Shown here piece after piece: positions 54,185-64,000 of a stretch of DNA of 64,000 nt. The notes under the pieces were generated by a model. The model was not told where the DNA came from and ran no database searches. It saw nothing but the letters and a program-made list of their open reading frames with translations. Both the position numbers and the translations under genes were made by a program. This DNA comes from Salisapilia sapeloensis CBS 127946. Taxonomy: Eukaryota; Protista; Oomycota. Each line of letters begins with the position of its first letter. Position 1 is the stretch's first letter. The DNA is taken from NCBI GenBank assembly GCA_023334545.1, contig JAADVB010000005.1, forward strand, positions 112,279 through 176,278, in the 5' to 3' direction.

Positions 54185-54803
54185 ATGTTAGGAAGGATTC
54201 GATCGATCTCGCGTCTACCTGGTGTACGCAATATGCACATTGAACGCAAATTGGAGGAGCTTGGGTACACCCTTCCCTCTGTCTCGGAGCCCAAGGGAAA
54301 CTATCGGACGTGCGTCCGTACTGGAAACTACCTCTTTACCGGTACTTTACATATGACGTGGATGAGCACAGCTTACAGTTAGTGATACGTGTATGTGGTA
54401 GCTGGACACTTGCCGCAGCCTGCGGATGGCGACTTGATTGTCGGCAAGGTTGGGCAGGATCTTACGCAAGAGCAAGGGTACGCTGCTGCGCACCACATTG
54501 CCTTGAGCCTCGTCGCTACCCTCAAGCGTGCGTTTATGATCATATTTACATACGACACAGTCTTACATGAATGTAGATGAGTTGGGCGACTTGGACAAGG
54601 TCAAGAAAGTTGTGAAGATTGTCGGCTTCGTGAACTGTGTCGACGGCTTCACGGCTCAGCCTTCGGTGATCAACGGTGCATCGGACACGCTTGGCAAGGT
54701 CTTTGGCGACAAGGGTGTCCACGCTCGTTCGGCCGTTGGCACGAACGCGTTACCTCTGAACGTTCCGTGTGAAGTCGAAGCGATCATTGAGATCGAAGAC
54801 TAA
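54185..54803 (+). CDS. Rid/YjgF/UK114 family protein with presequence-like N-terminus (2 introns)
   Basis: IERKLEELGYTLP...GNY, AGHLP, GKVG, VKIVGFVN, VINGASD, HARSAVG...LPLNVPCEVE. Confidence 0.9.
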
Positions 54804-54885
54804 GCCTTTTGAATCGATACAAACGGATGTCGATTCCATAACCAATACAGTCGCGTTGAGCACTGGCATTTCTACTTGTGTCTAT

Positions 54886-55750
54886 TTACATGTCTACAGG
54901 CTCTACACCTACTTTTCTCCAATATGCATCGCCATAATTGACGAAAATCTGCTCATGTGGTGCGATATTTTCTAAGGCAAACTACATTCGTGCGTTAGGA
55001 CATTGCGTACGGACTGTATCGATTATAACGTACACAAAAGACACGGAGGAGTCCGTCGTAGAGCATCGGCCGGAAGACCGCATTTGCTGTCGATCGGTGG
55101 TTGATACATCGGATGGCATTGCCATACTCGGATGCACTAATGTACAGATCTCCTGCTTCATACACACTTGGGTACCTCATACCGTACGCATCAAAGCCTT
55201 GGTCACTCGATTCATGCACTGTCAAGAGTCCTGCATATTCGCCTATCAATTCTCCCTCGAGTATTTCATTCGTTGCGAAGAGCCCCAACGCATTCGTCTC
55301 CACATGTTCTAATCCAGGTACATGGCCCACAGCTACCTTGGATGATAGAGGAACTTGTCCTGATGGACATAATTGCGTGTCTAGGCAGTCAAAGCCATGA
55401 ACTTGGGTGTCCGTGAAACCCCAGAAAGCGTAATTGCGAAGCAATGTGGAGCGTTGGAAAACGAGTTTATTCACCCACGTACATCGCATCAATTCTTCTA
55501 GCTCATCCACTCTAATAAAGCTCATTAATACGTTGCAGGATATATCTGAAGTTGACAAGTACGTAATAAGCAGGAGATCAGAGCACTTGGTCAGGTACTG
55601 GAATCGGAGTCTGCCGATCTCTTGAAACTGTGGACACTCCTCATATGTGTGCATAATTGTTGTAGACAAAATCGTTCGGTCATAGGCAAAGCATTCATCC
55701 CGATCAAGGCATCGATAGCCTGAGCACAGCACTGCCTCCTCTTCCTTCAT
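54886..55750 (-). CDS. SET-domain protein
   Basis: LGLFATNEILEGELIGEYAG, GNAIRCINH; after an intron EQIFVNYGDAYW. Confidence 0.88.
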
Positions 55751-55833
55751 GACCAGTCACGTGTCTTCGATGTTGAAGTTGGAGAGGACATCGTACCCTT
55801 TCTGTACCATTGGATAACACGAACGCGAGACAA

Positions 55834-56098
55834 ATGCAGCAGCAAGCGACAGTGGCTCTCAAGCCTATTCTGATGAAGCTACTACCAGTATGCTTTGTCA
55901 CAGGAGCTGCCATGGAAGCCTTTATGGTCAAGACTGGATTCTGTACGGTTTTTAGCTGATAAAAATGTAGGATAGAGGTAGATTGAACTAAATATGGAGA
56001 ATGTAGATGAGATTGTGACGAATGCAGAAGGTGTACGTCGACAGGAACGGTTTGAAGAAGAGCAGAGGAAGCTGCAAGAGGATAAAAGTCAAGAATAA
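55834..56098 (+). CDS. 66-aa SMIM4/UQCC5 (UPF0640)-like single-TM microprotein, absent from the ORF track
   Basis: Exons 55834-55942 + 56007-56098 give MQQQATVALKPILMKLLPVCFVTGAAMEAFMVKTGFYEIVTNAEGVRRQERFEEEQRKLQEDKSQE*. Confidence 0.7.
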
Positions 56099-56236
56099 AC
56101 CGTCTTTACGACCTGTTGTCGTCTATAGATGGCATTTTCATCTCCCAAATTGAACGTTGCAAAGCGGTAGAGTTCGTATTCACCATCAATACGTCGTCTA
56201 CGCAAAGAAAAACGAAAAGAGTCCGACTAGTAGAGT

Positions 56237-57322
56237 CTACTTGCGACGTAGTTCGAATTGCAAACGAGGTGTACGTCGTCCATTTCCGTTCTTATGCCAT
56301 TTCCAGCCAGAACTCGTGGAAATCTGCACCACTTTCGCTTCATTCACCATCTCGACTGCTTGGATAGCACTCGACATTCCATCCTCGGATGCATGGACGT
56401 GTACCGTATCCATACGGTGGACAGTGAATTTGGAGGAAATGATAGTAGCGTAGATTCCAGCCGGCTTGAACGTATGGATAAGGACCAAATCGTCTCGTAG
56501 CTTGGCCAGCTTAGGACCAGCTCTCAATTGCTTTCTCTCGGGTAGATCCTTTTCCTTGATAAAGCTGTCCAATGCATCTTTCACGTGTGTCCAATCCGAT
56601 AGGACGTCTACAATTTCCGCTTTGGTAGCGTCTTTCGGCAACCAAGGAACGGGATTGACGAGATACAAGTGGTCAAGTGTAGAAGCGACTTGATCAACTA
56701 CATTTGAATCCGATGTCATCACCACGCGTACTTTATACTCGCTGAATACGGCGTGGAGATGAGGTACCAAGTTGTTATCGACGTCATCGATTAAAATGAG
56801 CCTTTCAAAGATACCGGAATAGTTGTTATCCAGCCATTCTCTAGTGATCACTTCTGTACTACGAGGTCGGAATGCAAACGCGACGAAACGAAAGTAGTGA
56901 CCAAAAGGTCGGAGGATGTCTTCCACACTCGGAACTGGTTGGATCTCCGACAAGGCGTTAGACTCATAGTACTTGGCAACTTGATCTTGAACAGACTGGT
57001 TGTTCGCATCGCTGGAAGTGTACTCGAGACGGCGGTTCGTAAAGGACGTAGGCTCGAGTTTCTAGCATGGAAAGATAAGACTTGATGCTAATATATTGTC
57101 TACGAATGCGATGTATACAGGTTCATTAGGGTATTCTGTCCCATGCCATTGAATGAAACCTGCGACTGATTCAGCTAGCGTGTGGTCGACCTCGATAGCC
57201 AGTACAGGACGGTCGAGCTCCTTCTCCATCTTGCTCTTGAAGATTTGAGCTATTCCAGATCTTGTCTTTTTAAAATCGATACAATACAGTGTGTTCCTCA
57301 ATAGTACTACAATATTGTCCAT
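56237..57322 (-). CDS. Hypothetical protein (two exons, putative intron 57062-57118)
   Basis: ORF 57062-57322 joins in frame (PNEP|KLEPTSF) to the open frame containing ORF 56237-56953. Confidence 0.55.
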
Positions 57323-57423
57323 CTAGAATACAAACACAATATAACTCAGACATAGTATTGACAGTACGATAAATTACGAGACACGACACAAAGTGGGCCT
57401 AGGAATAGAGTGAGGGAGGACAC

Positions 57424-58753
57424 ATGCAGCTTCTGAACGTGAGCGCCCTTGTTACGGGCTACGAGACGGTTGATGACCACACTGAATTCGTCATACAGGT
57501 TCGATAGCACGACCTAAACTTCCAAATGACTATAACGGAAGCATCAACGACGAAAAGACGCATGGCTCACTTTTCATACGCTTTCGACTACCTAGGTCTC
57601 CTGCAATGGCTGGTTATGGCTCATCTCTCGTCGATTCAGTGACTTCGACCAGCTTCATTCAAGACTTACACGTCAGTTTGGTAACCTCATTGAAGCCCGA
57701 TTGCCTGAAAAACAATGGTTTGGCAGGTATGACCGATCCACATCACGATTCTTATTCTCTATTAAGAAGGAATTCAATGACGACGATTACGTTGATAATA
57801 CAATCTATGGATGGAAAGGTGTGGTCTTGCAGGTCGAGTATCTGTATGAGATGGTGTGGATGTTCGGAGCACTGTGCTGTAATCGAAAAAGGAGTCTTGC
57901 TCTCGTACGAACAAGGCGAGGAATGCCAAGTACTTGATCTTATCTTAGGTCTCCCATCCACTTCCGTCTCCAGTCAACTCCCCCACTACTCTATATCCTC
58001 TGAGAATTCCCACTTCATTGGACACTTTAGCTAACGCTCATTCGACGTAGATTCGATCCAAACTTTCTCATGAAACGACAGAGTGGACTGCAAGAGTACA
58101 TGGAAAGTCTTTTACAAGTCCCAGGTATCTTGGACGACCCATCTCTTCGTCACTTCCTCGAAATCGAAAGGCAGCTCGAGCTACACGGTGATCCGAGCGT
58201 CGTCGCAAGTGCTAATGGTCGTCCCAGTGGCTTCACGAATGAACAGGACCGGCTTAATGGCATCGTAGACACGACTGGACAAGCTTTTATTGACATTAGT
58301 GAAGTCCCAGCGCCTCTTGAGCCCGAACAAGCTCGTCAGAAACAGTATCAGATCGCATCTGTTGCCCACTCTTCCTTTGCGGAGCAGAAACTTGTCGAGC
58401 ACGTCGCCAATGCACTTACCGTCTTGTCTTTACCTTGCCCAGCGATTGAGAAAGCGTCAAATGAATCCATCGTCGCGAGGCTGGCGCCAGAGATGGATCC
58501 GACCGAGACGGCAGGTGGCAGTTTGTATGAACAAGACCAGGAGCTACTATGGCAAGCGTTGGAAAAAGCAGATCCAACGTTACGAGTCGCGATTGTACCG
58601 CCATCGCTGGAACTGTGTGCTGTTATGGTGGACCAGGAACAGAATGGAGTGGCGCCAGGTCGAGCGCTTTCGAATGGAGGCAGTGGCATGGACGCAATGG
58701 GAAATGACGATCGATCGTCGCTGCCACGTAGCAATGGCGACTCGATCGGATAA
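57424..58753 (+). CDS. PX-domain protein (3 exons)
   Basis: HTEFVIQ|VSCNGWLWLISRRFSDFDQLH..LPEKQWFGR|FDPNFLMKRQSGLQEYM..L; introns 57499-57595 and 57727-58050. Confidence 0.85.
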
Positions 58754-59386
58754 ATACAACGACTCGAATGTTTTTCTTTACTGTGGAATTTTACATGTAA
58801 GCTGGAGACTATGGTCGGTGCTCTTTTGATGCTAAAATAGATGATTAGCCCTGTGGACGATGGCAGATAGCCACAGAAGTAGGTTCGGTAACAGTGTTTA
58901 TTTCTATCATTGAACTTCCAACTAGGTTATTATATCCGAGTTTGTCGATCATGATGATCGTAACTTCTCAGGTTGCATATCAGTAAGTGTTGTAGCCCTT
59001 AGGAGAGTGCAGATGTCTATATAAGACGGCATTTTTCGCTGCTATTTTGATATCAACAGTACTCTAACTCTTCAAGGTGTCAAACAGGAGCAAGAATCGA
59101 AGTTTACTAATAATGGTGATGCTAGTGACCGAAAGTTTCATCGTAGACCATGTATGAGCTGGGTGGAAAGCTTTCGAATTGTTGACGGGAAGAAATTTTC
59201 ATGCTGGGTTTACGTTGTATCATGTTTCTAAGCCATTTGACTGTAAAGTATGCAAGTCATAGAAATGGAATTTCGCTTTCTAATTGCAAAGTTGCGGGAA
59301 GCAACATGACAAGTTAATATCGATGCAATCTTGTTGATAATGGTAGTAGATTGAGTTTCTCAATAAGTTGCCCACAAGCGAAGCAA

Positions 59387-62300
59387 TCATGAAAATGTAT
59401 GATATTCCACTTGAGTCGTCCACCACGTATAGAACGCTTTCCACTCGACATACCCTGTCTTCTCCGGATCGAGTTGCTTCATAGCCTCTATTAAACGCCT
59501 GGCACTCCAACCACTGCCAAGATTCTGTGCTAAAACAATAAAATCAGAATACTGTAATCGATCGCCGCAGCTTTCGTCGATATTCCTGGACTTCTTGGAA
59601 ATACCTGCATAGGCATGAAATGTTTCCCATAACCTCTCTCGCTTGGCTAACGTCGTCAATTCCTTCACGACAGCAAGCGATAGTCGATGACTGATCTTAC
59701 TCAAGTCGTAACGTTCTTGAATCTTTTGCCGTTCGCTTAGTCCCAACCCGGCATACTCTTGTTCTACCCAGTAGGGGACCACTGCATCTTCATGAACCAT
59801 TGATGGTTTTGCAACAGCAGGAATAGATATTGAATCCGACACTATCTTTGCCGCTTTGACTGATGCAATGGTAGCATCAGCAGTAGAGATTACATCGACT
59901 ATGCCTGTTGGCTTGACTGTTTTGACCTTATGTAGTGTCTGTGTGAGTAAAGGTGAAGGCGGTGTAGGCTCAACTGTAATACTATGCTCGGTGAAAGCAG
60001 AAATCCTTTTTTCCTTTTCATCAATGGCATTCGTCTTGATAGGAGCTCGCTCTCTTAGTTCAGCTGCATATAAAGAAGACGCTGCTTGACCGTAGGCAAT
60101 TCGCCGTTGACGGAGGTAGTTTGGTGAGCAAGTTGCTCTATTAAAAGATGATTGTGTTCTCTGCTTCCTTGCAGGAGAAACAGGAGATGATCCACTGCGT
60201 GCTTTACGTGGTGGCGAAGGAGTAGTATTCGAGGTCTTGTTGGCACTGGATGCTTTCAAATTATGCTTCGAAGTAGCAGCTCGCTTATGACGCATTTCAT
60301 TAAGTCGTAGTTTTTGCAAACTATTTTCCACATACGCTTCTTCGCAATCCTGTAACCTCATACGAACACTTTCACAATGAGCGTTTTTATCGTGCATTTG
60401 CTTCCGTCTCATTATCTCTTCGACCATAACCTTTCGCTGAAGTCTCTCTTCCTCGTCTCTTAGTTTTTGTTCTAGCGCATTGCGCTGGTTTTCTATTTCC
60501 ATGTGCCATCTACAATGGCATCAGAGATAACATTTGGTCATGGTAGTATGTTCAAATATAAACTCACCGATTATTCCTTTGCTTCGATTTACTTCGATGC
60601 GCGCATTTCGAAATATACTCCTGACGAAGGCGTTTATGAGACTCTTCATCTAACTCTTCCTCTGTCGGCATGGACAAGTTATTGGAACGTACTTTGCATA
60701 TTGAAGCTTGCCTTGCTTTTTTCACTTCACAGTTTAACTTATGAATCAAGTCTTCTGTTCCGACAATGTTTTTCTCTTCAGTATTGACGGCAAGCTCCAA
60801 TAGTGAGGTGACCAAATCTCCTTTTGTGATGTCAGGCAAGTGGTCTTGGATATGATCTAAGGTTGTAAATTCTAAAGAAGTTGTATCTATATTGCTTGCT
60901 TGGGTTGATCCCAACACTTGAATGCTGCTAGAGTTTTCAATGCATGGAGTGTGCCATTTTTTGCAGGTTTTATTCCATTCGATCAAGAAAGAGCACCAGT
61001 TTGATGCATAAATATTTCGTGGAGGCAAGTTAAGAATACTAAGCCATGGCTTGGTAACAATTTCCTTAGTTGAAAGATGAGTCCACTCCTCCACATTGCA
61101 ATCAGAGTAAAGTCCTTGACGAATCTGTGTAACTTGAGCTTTTAACTCTCGAGGTAATGATTCATGGGCTAATATGGCGCTTACGAACGTAGCTTCCCAT
61201 GCATTCATTTCCAAATTGCTCAATCTTGACTCGCTGCTACTAGTGGGTCTCCACTGCAGTGTTGAATATAGTTCATGTAAGTTTTTCAGCGTTTTGACAC
61301 CAAACGCATGAACTAGCTTGCTTTGTAACAATTTAGTGCATGCCCAAAGTTTAATTTCTGGCCAAGTCACCATAGCATCTAAGTTCGAACTGCCTCCATT
61401 ATCAATGCGGGAATTGTCAATAGAAGTCCTTTGATCGGGTAAAGGCGGCTTGTTTGATGTCGACCCAAACATTGATCCCTCATAGCAAAAGAGATCCTTA
61501 TTCAAAAACCTAGACAAAGATTCGTCTTTCTGTAGGTTTGATACGAACTCGTGCAGTGAAGTTACCGTTTCTCCTCTTTCATTTTTCTCTAAGATGCAAC
61601 TATCGTAGTGCTCTTGAACATCCTGCATGACTTTAACAGAAGCTTTGTCTTGTATAGGATGGAAAACGTTATCCAGGACACTTTCTACATTAATTTTAAG
61701 TTTACGATGAAGCTGTACAAGGTAGAAGCCGATTAAGCAATTCTTCGGGTCTGCTCGTAACGACCCATTTGCGATATCCGTGCCTCCAAGTGATGGATAT
61801 GTCCAGCAAGCGGACAAAGGTTCATTTTGTTTATTTGAGAAGCAAAATGAACATACTTCTTCATAGATAGACTTGTAATGTGACCTGATAAACGACTGCA
61901 GTACGTCATTCTTCCTGTTTATCGTATTGTATTCATCTTCTTTAGCGACTGTATCGCGGTAACGTTGCGGCATTGCAAAAATATGGATCCATCCTACGGA
62001 CGCTCCATCGCTATGTTTGACTATCTCCTGTTGGTTCTGTTCATGTAGGTATGCGCATCGGCATATAAGTTGAGCAGCTTTTATGCGAACCATAACGTTG
62101 CCACTGTACAGATCTTGTAAGACGACTTTAATAAGAGGCTGATGGTGAGAGGCTTTCGACCAATCTGGTGTTGAAAATAATGCTCGCCCGACCTCTTTCT
62201 GTCCTTCTTTTGACACCTGACAACGTCTAGCTAGTTCTCTGTAAGCAGGTAGTCGATCCTCTTCGATGCCTGATGAAATTTGACGGCAGATTTCAACTGG

Positions 62301-62438
62301 TGTGGAGTCGCCATTGAAATACGCTGCGAGAGATTTTTGCTCATGACTAAAACCTTGGAGTTTGGAACTCATGATGTGTTTGATGCTTCGTAGCCAAAAA
62401 TAAACCACTGCAAGTATCTTCTTTCCTGAAGTATCCAT
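59387..62438 (-). CDS. Large hypothetical protein: ARM-like segment, coiled coil, C-terminal EF-hand pair
   Basis: ORFs 60564-62438 and 59387-60502 join in frame through a GTGAGT..TAG intron (60510-60567); EF-like LDPEKTGYVEWKAF. Confidence 0.7.
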
Positions 62439-63010
62439 AGAAAGCTATCTGCGACAACGGTTTGTCAAATAGCTACGTTCTATTTCAGACTTGCCATCTT
62501 ATCGGATAGTATGCAATTATTCTAATCAACAGCATTTAGATGACCTACGTACGAAGGGAAACGTTTCATTAAGGCTCTCTTTCACACCAAAATATTGCGT
62601 ACAAGTCAGGTTTTCATTGCTATCGAAGCGGGCGGGTTAGACTTAAGATGATATGCAATTCATTTCTTACCTCAAGCACCCATCACGGCACTGTCAATGC
62701 ATTACACGTCGTGTAATCACTCAAGAACAGTCGGTCCATCTGTACTACCATGGCAGCACCGCACACAACTTTTGTCAATCTGACCTCGGCTTCAGACGAG
62801 CAATAAAACCAATTCTTTCTCTAATATCAAGCATGCAGATCTATATGCTTGTCATTTACCAATTAACCAAGATAAAGAGATAAAAACTTATCCCGACCAT
62901 GCATTACAGAGCTATCCGAGTGTACCAATCAAAAATATCAAAATGTCAATTCACACGTCCAGCATATTACGTGATCAGCAGGTCTATCCCATCGAAGCGC
63001 ATCAGCTCAC

Positions 63011-63024
63011 TCACTTTCGAATTT
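63011..63024 (+). promoter_or_regulatory. Oomycete-type Inr + FPR core promoter element
   Basis: TCACTTTCGAATTT starts 50 nt upstream of the ATG at 63061 and matches YCAYTYY followed by AWTTT. Confidence 0.6.
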
Positions 63025-63060
63025 GACACTCGCCTCGACAATCCGAAGTAGTTTATCAAG

Positions 63061-63663
63061 ATGCCTCGAGTCGCCGTTATCTACTACTCCATGTATGGCC
63101 ACGTTGCCAAATTAGCGGAAGCTGCCAAAAAAGGAGCCGACACCGTTGGAGGTATCACGACGAACATCTACCAAATGGCCGAGACGCTACCGGAAGACGT
63201 GCTTAATAAGATGGGCGCTCCTGCCAAGAAGGACTACCCAATTGCCACTCCAGACACGCTCAATGAAGCGGACGGTATCCTCTTCGGTATGCCCACGCGC
63301 TTTGGCTCGACACCTGCTCAGGTGCGAGCACTCTTTGATCAGTGCGGTGCTCTATGGGCCACTGGTGCCCTTACTGGCAAGCCCGCTGGCATCTTCTTCA
63401 GCACGGGAAGCCAGAATGGTGGTCAGGAAACAACTGCGTTGACGACGGTCCCGTTCTTGGCGCATCAAGGCATGATGTTCGTGCCGCTCGGTATGCGCGA
63501 TGGAAACTTGTCTAACATGACTGAAATCCACGGCGGCAGTCCTTACGGAGCAGGAACTATTGCCGGCTCGGATGGCTCTCGTCAACCGTCTGACATTGAG
63601 ATCAGTCTGGCAACGACACAAGGTAAGAGCTTTGCGGAGATTACCAAGAAGCTGGTACAGTAG
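63061..63663 (+). CDS. wrbA: Flavodoxin-like NAD(P)H:quinone oxidoreductase (WrbA/Pst2 family)
   Basis: IYYSMYGHV, GMPTRFG, STGSQNGGQETT, GGSPYGAGTIAGSDGSRQPS. Confidence 0.96.
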   Translation: MPRVAVIYYSMYGHVAKLAEAAKKGADTVGGITTNIYQMAETLPEDVLNKMGAPAKKDYPIATPDTLNEADGILFGMPTRFGSTPAQVRALFDQCGALWATGALTGKPAGIFFSTGSQNGGQETTALTTVPFLAHQGMMFVPLGMRDGNLSNMTEIHGGSPYGAGTIAGSDGSRQPSDIEISLATTQGKSFAEITKKLVQ

Positions 63664-63810
63664 AAGGACACAGCAAAGCATCGGAGGGAGATGTAGATAC
63701 GCATAAACTTCCTAATACTTTTAGAATGAACCCGATTGTTCCTTTATCAGCAAGCTTTGTCGCATTGGGATTCATGATGATACTCGATAACTGACAGGCC
63801 TTAACGTGCA

Positions 63811-64000
63811 TTAACGGATGGAGGGTCCAGCAGCAAATCTACCGGACAATATAAGGCAAGTATCCCCATTGCACGCTTGCGTAGAACACCGCAATCGATA
63901 CGAAAGACTCTGGTAGATCTGATTCATGGCGTGTTGAACGTCCGTTGCAGTCGTTTCCACTCGCTTTGTTCGCATGTGGAAACCTGATTCCACGATCCAG
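63811..64000 (-). CDS. Possible 3' end of a gene continuing beyond the window
   Basis: The frame is open from the window edge to the stop at 63811; TKRVETTATDVQHAM weakly recalls a histone-fold end. Confidence 0.3.
   Translation of the reverse strand, partial: WIVESGFHMRTKRVETTATDVQHAMNQIYQSLSYRLRCSTQACNGDTCLILSGRFAAGPSIR

Noticed and set aside
1-58753. Lipid-signalling cluster (PI4K, CDC50, PH, DGK, PX)
   Set aside because: The genes are scattered over the whole window among unrelated genes, and the families are common.
1-64000. rRNA, tRNA, snRNA genes and transposable elements
   Set aside because: No cloverleaf, Sm-site/snRNA signature, LTR/TIR or RT/transposase motifs were recognised by eye; a tRNAscan/Infernal run would be needed to exclude them.

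Overview
Gene-dense (about 40 genes, short GT-AG introns mostly 40-70 nt, intergenic gaps often under 150 nt) eukaryotic nuclear DNA. It is most consistent with an oomycete or close stramenopile relative: TCATTTC/TCACTTT Inr-FPR-like core promoters, a retained mitochondrial RF2 and probable flagellar genes. The species cannot be determined from the sequence. I found no rRNA, tRNA, CRISPR array or transposon. Most genes are recognisable housekeeping families. The standout locus is 36.4-39.0 kb: two paralogous Ctr-family copper importers sit head-to-head on a symmetric 212-bp bidirectional promoter. Both carry signal peptides and tandem YHS/TRASH-like Cys ectodomains, and one is fused to a C-terminal HMA (Atx1-like) domain. 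Other unusual architectures are a stand-alone MICAL-type monooxygenase, a catalytically altered membrane-anchored astacin with 8 Cys-rich repeats, a P-loop-dead GBP-PH protein, a transmembrane PI4K, a four-LysM protein without a signal peptide and a hidden SMIM4/UQCC5-like microprotein. All family calls come from motif recognition by eye; no database search was run. Exon boundaries were inferred manually.
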